The notes beneath the pieces are model-generated. The model did no database searches and was not told where the DNA came from. It worked only from the letters and a program-made list of their open reading frames with translations. Positions 25,713 through 37,989 of a DNA stretch of 64,000 nt are shown here, piece by piece. Within the stretch, counting starts at the first letter, position 1. Every line of letters starts with the position of its first letter. A program made the position numbers and the translations under genes. The DNA is from Felis catus (taxonomy: Eukaryota), in the NCBI RefSeq assembly GCF_018350175.1, contig NC_058368.1:106704001-106768000 (forward strand). The letters run 5' to 3'.

Positions 25713-26191
25713 TTATTTCTTTACATTTTAAATATGCATGGTACATTTACAAAACTACACATAAATATTAAGTTACAGATGCTGCTGGTGGGCTGAGCAA
25801 AATGTGAATTGAAAACTAACCATTATCGTTTCAATGTAGGTGTCGGTGAAATTGATCGGAGTGTTGCACTTAATTTTTATAAATCATTTTTCATTTAGAG
25901 ATGGCATTCAGATGGCTATGACAGAGGAATTAAAAAAAAACATTTCTCCCTTCCATACACACAAAGACTAATTATTGTATTGTTTGTAATAGTAAAAATC
26001 CTATAGAAACTAAACATTCATCAGTAGTTTGCTTATAGTACAGAAATACCAAGAACAACAAAAGACAACAAAGATGTCAACAACTAAGTTTTGAGAGCTT
26101 ACTAGGTGATTGGCATTGTTTTCAAGGTTTTCTGTGTGTTAACTCATCCAACCTATTCACTGAACTCACTTTTAAATGTCTTATATATGTT

Positions 26192-26395
26192 GGGGTGCCT
26201 GGGTGGTTCAGTCGGTTAAGCATCTGGCTTAAGTTCAAGTTCGTGGGTTTGAGCCCTGCCTTGGGCTCTGGGCTGGCAGCTTGGACCTCAGAGCCTGGAG
26301 CCTGCTTCAGATTTTTTGTCTCCCTCTCTGTCTGCCCCTTTCCTGCTGATGCGCTCTTTCTCTCTCTCTCTCAAATAAACAAACATTAAAAAAAA
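26192..26395 (+). mobile_element. CanSINE inserted in a MIR-like fragment (about 26080-26580, -)
   Basis: SINE head, CT tract and tail; flanks show MIR-like tttagatgagatgacagaggcacaagaaggttcagtaaattgcctaaggtcacatagctagtaa. Confidence 0.88.
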
Positions 26396-27058
26396 TAAAT
26401 GTTTTTATGTGTTAAATCATCTATCCTGTACTACAAACCTACATGGTAGATAGCTATCATTATTACCTCCCCCTTTTTTAGATGAGATGACAGAGGCACA
26501 AGAAGGTTCAGTAAATTGCCTAAGGTCACATAGCTAGTAAAAGGTAGATAAAATTGTGCTTTCATACGCTTTGCCTCTAAAGCTCATAATTTATGGAATG
26601 CTCTTTGAGATACAGTGGTCAAATAGCAAATTATAGAATATTACTCATGGTTAGATCTTACCTGTGTAAAAATACGAATTTCCTCACGCCTTAAAAAATT
26701 TTTTTAATGTTTATTTATTTTTTTTGCGACAGAGACAGCCATGTCCCAATATGACATATACATTTTTATAATAAAAAAGTTAAATCCTGTAAAATTCAAA
26801 ACAAGATAGAATTTTATTTTTGAGATTTTTTTTATGAAATAGGATAGCATGTTTCAGGATTATATGAGGTAAAAATGCTTCATTAAAATTTAAGAATTCT
26901 CATATTTTGTTAGAATTAACATTAGTTAATCTTAGTCCTAGTAAATTCTTGGAGGTAAAATGTGTGTTTATTTGCTCATGTAATTATTAAAAATGAGTCA
27001 CATAATCTGTCGATTGTGGAAAACCTGATTTTACTTCCATTTTCTATTTCCTTTCTAG

Positions 27059-27102
27059 GAAAGATTTCTGTGTTCACAAAGATGAACCATGTGATACAGT
27101 TG
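27059..27102 (+). CDS. ADAMTS19: ADAMTS19 short coding exon, 44 nt, phase 2 to 1
   Basis: tttcctttctag|G AAA GAT...GTT G|gtaagt; (R)[14 protein letters not shown](G); phases match both neighbouring exons. Confidence 0.95.
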
Positions 27103-28477
27103 GTAAGTGTATGTAAAAAATTGTATACTTTTGAGGCATTCTGGGGACCTTTAACACATCATTTGTCTTAGTATAGGAAATTGTTTGAGAGTGTTGGTTT
27201 TAATGGAGTGTTTTTAGAATGTCACAAGTATGTATTTCCAACCTTTGTGTTTAATCATTTGTCAACACTTCAGTTATTAACGAAACAGCTTAAAGACATA
27301 TATACACCATATACTGCAGAAACATTTTAAACAATGCTTTAAGAATAACACGAGTTCTTTTTTCTTATTTTCACAAAGATGTATACATGAATAGAATTCA
27401 GTAAAATTCTATTATTACTGCTGTATCAAGGCAAAATATATTAATGTCAATATGATTGACCTTTTTCAGGCTAGTGGATCTTTTTTGAGTTATAAATGCT
27501 TGACGTTCTTTGCAGACTGTATCAGGGAAGCCCCATCTCATTTGCCCAACTAATGAGGATTTTCTGTACCGAGAGTAGTAAATTTTTTATATTTTGTCCT
27601 CGACATCTAAAATTCCTAAAACATAACTACACAGCCAATAGAATCCATGAAACCACAGTTCTTAATTTTGAGAGAATGGCTATGGATATGGTAATATAAA
27701 TGCATCTACATAATTTACTTATCCTTATGTAAAACTATATATAAATATATAGCTATATATATTAGTTTTAAGTCATGTAGCTGTATGTAATAAGACATTA
27801 TTGGTAAGGTATGGTTAAGAGTCCAATCTGGTTTTGACATAGAATGTGGGCTTTATTTCTGTAGAGTAGGACATAATTTAGCTTAACTATCTTTGACATG
27901 TCATATGTTCTTTGTAAGATGAACGATTTAAAAAGGGAAAAAAGAATAAAGGGGATCGTGTATTTTAAAAAATAATGTTTAAGTAGTTCCATCATTAAGT
28001 ACTCGTCATAAGTTCTCATCAACCTTGCATGATTAAATCTGCGATAGTAAGTGGAAAATAGTCGTAATAGTGTTAGGCAGATAATGATGGAATCAAAAAA
28101 TTGTTTGGCATAGAAGAGGCCATAGCATAAAAAAGAGCTAGACACCTAAGGAAAAGCTGAATGATTTAGAGACGATTTTCCTGCTTCCTGCAGTTTTCTT
28201 CTCCTCTTGTTTGAATCTCCAGAAATTGTATCTGGATGCATAGTTTTAATCACCCTAACCACAGAAGATTTTGATTACAGCGAAGCCTGTATCAAGATAA
28301 TTACCTTTACCTCTACTTGCCCCTAAGCCTTCTTTAATGTAGCAGATCAACTTGTGGCCTCATTCAAGCACCTGAGAGCTGGGCAGTATCTCCCATAATT
28401 ATACATGCTATCCGGCTCTTTATAACTTGCACACAGACTAAGGAAGCCATGCTAACATGAGGCAAAGCAATTTCTTT

Positions 28478-28536
28478 CTTGTTTTTTTTTTTTTTTTTGA
28501 ATATTTATTTATTTATTTTGAGAGGGTGCAAAGAGG

Positions 28537-28580
<44 letters not shown>

Positions 28581-28712
28581 AAGAATCCCAAGTAGGCTCC
28601 ACACTGTCAGCCCAAAACCCGACACAGGGCTCAATCTCATGAACCGTGAGATCATGACCTGAGCCCAAATCAAGAGTCCAGTGCTTAATCAACTGAGCCA
28701 CCCAGGTGCCCC
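28478..28712 (-). mobile_element. CanSINE
   Basis: TSD aaagcaatttcttt. Confidence 0.92.
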
Positions 28713-29014
28713 AAAGCAATTTCTTTTTTATTATGACTGTTTCGCATCTTGGTAAATCTGCTAGTTGAAAATATCATGCATATTCATGATACATATTATC
28801 TATGAAACTTATTTTCTGGTTTAAAGCATATTTGAATAAGGAAGTATCTTGATGTGTTTGGACGAAATGTGTATGCTTCATCAGGGAAGTGGTGTAATCA
28901 GTCCCCCTTGGTATTCAACCTGTCCATTAAGAGCGTGGTAGAAACTGGTTCTAAATACATAGGATGTGGAAGGTCCAGTACCCTTCCTGAGATCTCTCTG
29001 TATTCCTGAGTACT

Positions 29015-29170
29015 TAGATTCTTGGGGCCTCCTTGATGACATTGTTGAATCACTGAATCGTTCAACCTAGGGCCCAGTCTAACCTCTGGGTTTCCAAATG
29101 TGTGAGTCAGTAAGTTTCTTTATTGTTTAAGCCAATTTAAGCTTTTTTACTTCTGTAGCTTATGGCATAA
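29015..29170 (+). mobile_element. Old MLT1 (J/K-like) LTR fragment
   Basis: ccttgatgacattgttgaatcactg...acctctggg...tgtgagtcagtaagtttctttattgtttaagccaattt. Confidence 0.55.
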
Positions 29171-29918
29171 GACATAGATTTTCCCTGATACTCATATACT
29201 CGTTTATAAGGAAAGAAAAATATGGGGCAATATTAATGATTTTCATGGTTATTAAGAGGGTGCATTAAAACTCCTTTATGAATTGTGCCCAGAGTTAAAG
29301 AAGCATCTTTAGCTTGCAGGTTGTCTTAACAGCTCTCTATCTCTAGTGTAACAACAAAAAAAGATATTAGGGCTTATCAATAAAATGTTTATTGACCCAC
29401 ATTGAAAAATCTCCGTATGTAATATTATGGGCTATATTTTTGTCGGGTGCTTTTGTTACATCAGTGAATTATACCTTCTTGCTTCTTCTATCTATTACTG
29501 ATGTGAAGGAAGCCCATTTCACTTTGGGTACTATGGAATGAAAATATTGTAAGAGAGGAAGAAGAAAGGAAAATGGAGTTTGTATCTATTAGTTTCGATA
29601 ATACGGGCCTGAATGATCACTTGAAGATGACATTTTCACCTAGTCTCCCAGTAGGTATAGTAAGAGGCAGCAGTTAAAAGCTTTGAATTTATAGTATTAA
29701 CTTGAGTTATAAATGAAGAGAAATACCTGTATTTTAAAAACAATGGTTAGACTTACACTATACATTGTAAGTTGAGCAACACTTCAGTGGACGTTATTTT
29801 GTTTAATTTCTTCAAAATCTGAATTCTCTAGTTTTATTATCATTATTACTTCACAGGTGAAGGAAACACTGAAATAAAATAGAGTATGGATTTTGAAATC
29901 AGACACGAAGATTTAAAT

Positions 29919-30122
29919 TTTATTTAATGTTTATTTTTGAGAGAGAGAGAGGCAGAGTGTGAGCAGGGATGGGCAGAGAGAGAGGGAGACACAGAATCCA
30001 AAGCAGACTCCAGGCCTTGAGGCGTCGGCACAGAGCCTGATGCGGGCTCAAACTCATGAACTGCAGGATCATGACCTGAGCCGAAGTCAGATGCTTAGCT
30101 GACTGCGCCACCCAAGTGCCTT
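29919..30122 (-). mobile_element. CanSINE
   Basis: TSD cagacacgaagatttaaat / cagacacctagatttaaat. Confidence 0.9.
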
Positions 30123-30283
30123 GCAGACACCTAGATTTAAATCAGACCTCTGCTCTCTATTACTTACAGGGATGGGGGCACATTATCTAACACATTGAAG
30201 GTTTGGATTCCTCACCTTTATAATGGAAGCTATATTGTTGACCTCAAAGAATGTGAAACTGTCACATTTGCAAAGACAGCTTG

Positions 30284-30499
30284 TTTTTTGTTTTTGAGAG
30301 AGTGAGAGAATGCAAGAGGAGGAGAGGGGCAGAGGGAGAGAGAAAGAGAGAGAGAGGCAGAAGGAGAGAGTATCTCAAGCAGGCTCCACGCTCATTGAAG
30401 AGCCTGACAGGGGGCTTAGTCCCCATGACCCTGGGATCCCATCATCTAAGCTGAAATCAAGAGTTGGACACTCAACCAACTGAGCCACCCAGGCGCCCC
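30284..30499 (-). mobile_element. CanSINE (older type)
   Basis: Antisense head tgagccacccaggcgcccc; GA-rich tract. Confidence 0.88.
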
Positions 30500-31345
30500 A
30501 TAGGCAGCTGGTTTTTAGTTGGCGTTCAGTCTGCACTAGTTTCTCTCACACCCTTTTATTCCCTTGCCGAGGGGTTGCAGATTGGTCCAGCACCACTGTT
30601 AGTAAGTGGTGCTCCTGGCCTCTGCCTCAGATCTTAGAATAATGAGTCAGCTTTCTTCTGTGATGTGATGTGTTTCTATAACACAGGGCAGTATAACTAG
30701 AAGACTGAAAGTGAGAAAAGGAACTTTGCATGAAGTTATAGAACAAAATTGTATAAATTAGAATATATTTAAAAATGGAAAATACGGACTTGGAAAGAAT
30801 TTATTTATCAGCATTTTAACTTTGAAACAGTAGGATGTTTTGCTCATTTGCTGATGCAAAAGATGTGTACATCTTAAATGTGTTGGGCTGTATCTGTGTT
30901 GTGGGATATTTATAAATAAATGCTTCATTTGATAAGTTGTACCTATTTATTAAACTTATATCTGAAAAGCTGATTAGAGGATAAAAAGTAAAAGTTGCTT
31001 TACCATCCCCTCAGTCACTTTTTCCTGTTGATTTTGTCGCACAGATGGTGGTAGATTGGTAGGTAGGTATATAGATACTGGAAGAAAAAAAATTCTATTA
31101 AAGGTTTTGATCAACAAAATATCAACTCTCAAGCATATGTGTGTCACCTTTTAGCATTCCTGAAATTGAAATTCAGTTTGTAACCTGAGACCGCTTCAAA
31201 GTGTGTCAGTATAATTTAGAATTTTTTAAATCTAAGGTGGGGCAAAGTCTGTGATATCCTTAAATGTTGGGAGATATAATGTACAGTTATGGATGTGAGT
31301 GGCAATTCTTTATCCTCTGGCATTGCTAGTGAGGTTGTTACTTTC

Positions 31346-31900
31346 TGTGGCAGGCAGGATAATGGCCCCCAAAGACATACATGTCCCAGTCCCTGGAACC
31401 TGGGAATATGTTGGGTTCCATTACATAGGGAGATGAAGGTTGCAGATGGAATTAAGGCTGCCCATCAACTAAAATAAGAGGACCTTAAAATAGGAGGGAG
31501 ATTATCCTGGCCTGTCTTGGTATGCCCAAAGTAATCGCAAGGGTCCTTAAAGACTGAAGAGGCAAGCAGAAGAGGTGAGTCAAGAGGAGATGTGATTACT
31601 GAAGAAAGGCCCAGAGAGATGTAATGTGAAGGTTTCAACTCATTATTACTGCTTTTGAAGTTGGAGGGATGGGGCCCCCAGTGAAATATCACCAGCTTCT
31701 AGTATCTGGAAAAAACACAGAAATGGATTCTCCCCTGGAGCTTCTGCAAAGGTGCACAGAGAGCCTTGTGATACCTTGATGTTAGCCTATGAGTTCTGGG
31801 CCAAACTTCTAGTATAGAGAATTGTAAGATAATAAATTTGAGTGTTTTAAGCCACTAAATTTGTGGTAATTTATTACGGCAACCTTAGAAAAACAATACA
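31346..31900 (+). mobile_element. Complete MLT1 (MLT1D-like) solo LTR
   Basis: TGTGGCAGGCAGGATAATGGCCCCCAAAGA...AAAACAATACA with a perfect 5-bp TSD ctttc (31341-31345 / 31901-31905). Confidence 0.9.
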
Positions 31901-33652
31901 CTTTCTAATAACTAATTACCTCCTCTTATGACTTATAGAGAAGGAATCCAGAAATTTGGTGCTCTCAAATCTTTATAGACTGTTTTAAGAACTGATAATG
32001 ATTTTAGGATTAGATAAAAAAAAGAAATTTGCATCAGAATATATAAATATATACAAAGAGCAACAAACTAGGGCTATACTAAGAAACATGAATAGATACC
32101 ATTTCTAGCTGACAGAGTAGATGAAAAAATAGTCTATCATCTATGAACAGTGAAAGAAATCTAATCAGTTCTTTAAAATCTTTCCAGGATAATACTGAGC
32201 CTTGAGGATTTTACAGATGATTTCTACTACATTACAAAGAACAGACCATTCCAATATTGTACTAACTATTTTACAGAATAGAAAAAGGTAAATTAAAACC
32301 ATATAAGTTTCCTACCAAATCCTAAAGAAGACAGTGTAAGAAAGAAAAACAATAAGCTTTTTTCACTTAGGAAGGAAATGAATTCTAAACCAAATATTAG
32401 CAGATACTATCTCACAATGTATTTTTAAATAACCAAGTAGGGTTATTTTATTTGAGGTTTATTCCAGAAATGCAGCAGTAGTTTAACATTAGAAAATCTT
32501 AAAATGTAACTATGTAATACAATTAAAGATAAAAACCATATGATCATCACAATGGATAAAGAAAATGTCTTTCCTACAACTCAAAACACATTCATGATAA
32601 AAACTGTTGGAAAATAGAACAAAGTAGAAACTTTATTAACTCAGTTAAAGATATTTGTACAAAATACATAAACATCTTTTCAAAAATAGTGAAGCATTGG
32701 AAGCATTCCTTTTAAAATCAGAAACAAGGAGAAGATTTTGTTATCACTGTTTCTATTCAACAATGCGTTAGAAATTTTAGGCCTTGAAATGAAGTGGACG
32801 TTATGATTGTCTGCATTTAAAAAAAAAACAAGGAATATGTAATTATGTTATTAAAATTAACAAGAGAGTAAGGTGGTTAGATATCAAAGGCATATTCAGT
32901 AACGAATTACATTTTATAAGGCAGCAATTGGCAGTGAAACATTTAATTCAAAAATTCTATTAAATATATGGAAAAAATAAAATTCTTTGGAATGTATCTA
33001 ATAACAAAATACATAGGACATATGGAGAAAATTATTGAGCTATTTTGTAATTCAATCATGAAGGCACAACTCAATGAAGAAATGAACTGCACTCGTGGTA
33101 TGAAAGACTAAAGATGGTACCAATGCCATTTCCCTCAAATTGACCTATTGATAGGATGTATTTCTATTAAAATTGTAAAAGGAGTTTTGGAGGAAACTCG
33201 ACAGGCTGATTCTAAATGTTATAGAGGAGCATAGGCCTAAGAATTGCCAAGACACTAGTGAACAAAGAATATGGAAGGGGAGTATGCTCCGTCACATATT
33301 AAGTATAGTATATAATAAATAGGACCAGGCCATGGCACACGTTTGTGAAATTGATAAATAAAACAGAACACTGGGAGAGGACACACATGATGTTAAGACA
33401 TTTATTCACATTGAGAAGAGTTGAATTGAATCACATGGTTTAAATTTATAAAAAATTAGAAGAGAAAGTATAGAAAATTCATTTCATATTTTTGAGTTAG
33501 GGACAGATTTTTTTAAAAGGACACACAAATGCTAATTATAAAGGAAATTCTTCATAAATTCAACTATATTTGAATTTGAAAATACTGTATATCAAAATAT
33601 ATCATAATGACAATGGAAAAGAAAAAACAGGTTTCTATGAGGCAAAAGATAA

Positions 33653-33832
33653 CCACATTTCATGGATTTTAGGGTATCTTTATTGTCATTGATTTTAAGA
33701 CATACCATTATATAGTGTGCCACTGAAGATGGAAAAAAAAAACCCTATGCAATAAATTCTTAATTGTGAGACATTATTGGTTATAAGACAAATCACAAGT
33801 GAAATGGGAATCTTGGATTTAGTGATGTATAT
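33653..33832. mobile_element. Possible TcMar-Tc2 (MER104/Kanga-like) MITE inside L1
   Basis: Degenerate terminal inverted repeats ccacatttcatggattttagg ... tcttggatttagtgatgtat. Confidence 0.4.
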
Positions 33833-33997
33833 ATAGTATTTGCAACACACATAATCAATAAAGTATTAGAATCCAGAATATAAAAACAACATCTTTAAAT
33901 CAGTGAGTAAGAAATAAACAAGGTGTAGATGTGCCAAAAAGGACCAAAGACTCTAACAGCCATTTTTAGAACAGAATACATCAAGGGTGAATTGCAA

Positions 33998-34041
33998 GGG
34001 AGGGAGGAAGGGAGGAAGGGAGGAAGGAAGGAAGGAAGGAA
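33998..34041. repeat. (GGGA/GGAA)n purine tract
   Basis: Direct reading. Confidence 0.85.
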
Positions 34042-34133
34042 AAGATGTCAATGTCATTAGTCGTAAGAAAGATGTACATTCAGATTACAGGGAGATTTCT
34101 GCCAATGAGAGTGATTTTAAAAAGTCTGATATT

Positions 34134-34357
34134 GGGGCGCCTGGGTGGCGCAGTTGGTTAAGCGTCCGACTTCAGCCAGGTCAGGATCTCGCGGTCCATG
34201 AGTTCGAGCCCCGTGTCGGGCTCTGGGCTGATGGCTCAGAGCCTGGAGCCTGTTTCCGATTCTGTGTCTCCCTCTCTCTCTGCCCCTCCCCCGTTCATGC
34301 TCTGTCTCTCTCTGTCCCAAAAATAAATAAACGTTGAAAAAAAATTAAATAAAATTT
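34134..34357 (+). mobile_element. Young felid SINE (SINEC_Fc-like)
   Basis: Same diagnostic positions as 25192-25406; perfect TSD aaaaagtctgatatt. Confidence 0.95.
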
Positions 34358-35530
34358 AAAAAGTCTGATATTACCAAGTGTACCTTTTAAAATCAGAACA
34401 AAAATCTACCATCCCTTCTGGAAATCCTAATAAAATCATGTTGCAACTTCTGGTTCCGATTTCCCTATCTCTCTTCTGTCTTCAAATCCATCTTTGTCCT
34501 TCTGTGCTGTGTTGTAGATAACTTTTTCTTCTGTGTTTCTCAGTTTATACCAATTTTCTATTTTCTTCATGTATTTTTTTTAACAATTTCATCTGTTAAA
34601 CATCAAGGTTTTTTTTTTATTCCAATACCTCTTTTTATTTCTAAACATCCTATTTGAATTCATTCTTTTTTTTTTTTTCTCTGCCTGCTATGGCATTTTT
34701 GATAATATATTGAGCCTTCTTCATGTGTTCATTCTCTTCTTTTAGGTCTAAATCATTAAAAGTGTACTTTTGAACATTGACTTAAGCTAATAATTCTGTT
34801 ACTGAAGTTCTTGTGGTTCTAGACCTGTTTGCTAATTTTGTTGAATCTTGTTCATGATGCCTTGTTACTCATAGGTTATATAATTTTGTATTTGAGTTAC
34901 TTCTTAATTTTTTTATTTTTCATGTGTGGGAATCCTGGGTGGCCTGGAGAAGAGGAACCTTCCTCGGGGTATAATTTTTATTCCACATATTCCTTAGAAG
35001 TATTTAAGTTAATTTCTTGGGATTATTTAAGTTAATTTCCAATTCCTTAGACCATGCAGGTAATGTAATTTAGATATGTCAACTATGAATATTCTCAGGC
35101 AAGGCTTTTTTTAAAAACAGAGTCTGGGTCAAAGTAGACAAGTTTTTATGGCATTGCCTTTTGCCAGGGGGCACTTGTTTTCCTAACCAACTTTTTCACT
35201 GTGTTGACGGAAAGGAAAGTGGTATCCCCTCCTTCTCACTTTATATAGAGATAACTTTATGAAGAGGTTTCAGTTCCAAGGTCTTACCTTGAGTAGTCCC
35301 TCTTTGTCTCAGTGTTGTGACTTAAGCTGAACACCTTTAGATGTGAGTTTGGCAAATACCCAGATATATAACCAAATATTATATATATAATATATATATC
35401 ATACATAAACTAGAAATCAGACCCAGAAGCTGCAACATGATTTTATTAGGATTTCCAGAAAGAATGGTAGATTTTTGTTCTGATTTTAAAAAGTATACTT
35501 GGTAATATCAGACTTTTTAAAATCACTCTT

Positions 35531-35753
35531 GGGGTGCCTGGGTGGCTCAATCGGTTAAATGTCCGACTTTGGCTCAGGTCATGATCTCACGGTTCGTGGG
35601 TTCGAGCCCTGCATCGGGCTCTGTGCTGACAGCTCAGAGCCTGGAACCTGTTTCAGATCTGTGTCTTCCTCTCTCTCTCTGCCCCTCCCCCACTCGTGCT
35701 CTGTCTCCCTCTGTCTCAAAAATAAACACTAAAAAATAATAATAAAATAAAAC
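35531..35753 (+). mobile_element. CanSINE
   Basis: TSD aaaatcactct (35519-35529 / 35754-35764). Confidence 0.93.
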
Positions 35754-36352
35754 AAAATCACTCTCATTACTATATATATATATACACACTATATGCTATA
35801 ATATACTATATAGTGTATACTATACTATAGTGTATATATAGTATATAGTGCATACTATATACTATATATAGTATATATACTATATATACTATATACTATA
35901 TACTATACTATATACTATATACTATAGTGTATATAGTGTATATATATAGTATATACTATATACTATACTATATACTATATACTATATATACTATACTATA
36001 TATACTATACTATATATATACTATATAGTGTACACTATACTATATATACTATAGTATATATATATATACACTATAGTATACTATATATATACTATAGTAT
36101 ACACTATATAGTATATTATAGCATATAGTGTGTATATATATATATAGTAATGAGAGTGATTTTGTTTTATTTTATTATTTTTATATATACTATTATTTTA
36201 TTATTTATATATACTATTATTTTATGTATACTATAGTATATATATAATATACACTATATAATATATTATATATATATACTATATTACTATATATATATAG
36301 ACTATATACAATAGTCAATACTATATATACTATACCATGTATAGTACATATA
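35738..36352. repeat. TA-rich low-complexity array (TATAC/TATAG units) with an 87-bp perfect inverted repeat
   Basis: 35738-35824 is the exact reverse complement of 36093-36179, checked by eye. Confidence 0.9.
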
Positions 36353-36589
36353 TATTGCTGCTAGAAATGGAACTTCAGAAAGAGTTTTAAAGTATTGTTG
36401 CATATATTTTTACACACACTACAACTTCACTTGGTCGCACAATTCATATTCTCAACATTCACATGTGCTATAATGTTTAAGAGATTTGGAGAATTGGTGT
36501 TAATAGTTATGATGATTCCCACAAGTTTTCTAAAAAAATAATTTTAGAAGCTTCTTTATAGATACTTAAATTGTATATTTGCTATAAAC

Positions 36590-37989
36590 CAGTTATTCTT
36601 AAACTTTTTGGTCTTAGCATCCATTTATACTCTTGAGAATTATTGAAGGTCCCAAGGGCCTTTTTAATGTCAATCATATTTGTCAATTCTCACCATATTA
36701 GAAACGAAAGCTGAGAAATTCCTTGAAATATTTTAAGTCAATAAACTCATCAAATGTTAGAATTTTAAGCAATAAACTCATCAAATGTTAGCATAAAGAA
36801 CCTACTTTTTATAAAATTTCACTACATTATTCAAAACAAAAAATAGAAGACGTGGCTTTGTATTTTTGTCAGCGTCTTTATATCTGACTTGTCAAAGTCA
36901 GCAGGGATCTTATATCTGCTTCTGCCTATAAGGTGTTGCTATTTGTTATTTTGGTTGAAATGTTTCCGAAAAATCTGCCCTCGCAAAGATAGGTACTTGG
37001 AAAATGGTTGGGGACTAGGCTTTTTAGCATTGGTCAACTGGAAAATATTAGTTCATTGGTTAGGCAGCTCTTCTGAGTGTTGGCACATTTCACCATGCAA
37101 TATACATGAAAAAATCGTGTTTGTCAATATCCTCATCAGTCTCATCAGGAAAGTTTTTAAGTTTTGGGAAGCTACCAAGCTCACACTGGCAGATAAAAGT
37201 TTTCCAATAGTAGGGGGCATCCGGCTAGCTCAGTCAGTAGAGAATGTAACTCTTGATCAGGGAGTCATGAGTTCGAGCCCCAAACTGGGCATAGAGACTA
37301 CTTTTTTAAAAAGTCCGTTATTCTAATTTCACTTAAAAGCTTGAATTTTTGTCATTTCCCTATAGGTAAATAGGTAAATTCACATATAGACACTATTAAA
37401 TATATCATATTAGATGATATATTCATTGTGTGTGTGTGCCTCTATCTATTCATTTCCTTGGAGTGACAGTTTCATTTTGTTCATTTTTGGGTAAATGTCA
37501 GCCAAATTCCCAAGTCTGAATAACCAAGGTTTGTCAGACATTCTTTCAAGTAAAAAATGGTGTTCAGTGAAAAACAAAGTTAGTTCAGCTCATAATTCAA
37601 GCCATCTCACAGCCCTGTTCCTAGAGACAACATAATTTAGTCAGCATTAGGAATGCTTTATCCTACTTCCTTTTTTGTTATGAAATATTAAAAGATGTGT
37701 ATACTCAGGTGTTCAGTTTAATAAAATTAATACATTTGACTGCTTCATCTAGGCCATTTTAAAGTGAAATTGTCATTTTTCCCGTTGGGAGTGTCAGTGA
37801 AAAATAAAATGGCTGACAGTGAAGTTTGGTGCCGCTGCCTTTATTTGTGCTAGACCATTTTACCTACCGTTGCTTTTGCACCATCATTGCAAATGTTGGC
37901 ACTTTTGACCTTGTGCACCTCTTGAAAAGATCTTAGAAAAGATACTATAGAAGCCCAGGATTCTGCGGAATACGCTTGGAGAAATTCTG
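36590..37989 (-). mobile_element. hAT-Charlie DNA transposon fossil (Charlie1a-like, about 1.4 kb)
   Basis: Terminus cagttattcttaaactttttggtcttagcatccatttatactcttgagaattattgaaggtcccaag matches the recalled Charlie1 end; the other end ...ttctgcggaatacgcttggagaaattctg is a degenerate TIR. Confidence 0.75.
37213..37310 (+). mobile_element. Short tRNA-Lys-like SINE variant lacking the CT tract
   Basis: ggggcatccggctagctcagtcagtagagaatgtaactcttgatc...gagttcgagcccc...tagagactactt. Confidence 0.82.

Larger units (their letters stand above)
32050..34382 (+). mobile_element. Old L1 ORF2 relic
   Basis: Degenerate RT-region text (aaaaccatatgatcatcacaatgg; gaagcattccttttaaaatcagaaacaagg; ttctattcaacaatg); many stops. 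Confidence 0.72.

Noticed and set aside
33987..34337. 116-aa ORF and the many similar MAQSVK/SAQVMIS ORFs
   Set aside because: They are translations of CanSINE bodies and adjacent simple repeats, recurring wherever a SINE lies.
37213..37310. tRNA-Lys gene
   Set aside because: A and B boxes are present but the cloverleaf is broken and a SINE-type 3' extension follows; similar copies occur at 51593, 55479 and 58992.
36889..37326. 145-aa ORF in the Charlie element as a possible transposase
   Set aside because: No hAT motifs; it runs into a SINE and lies in a decayed non-autonomous element.
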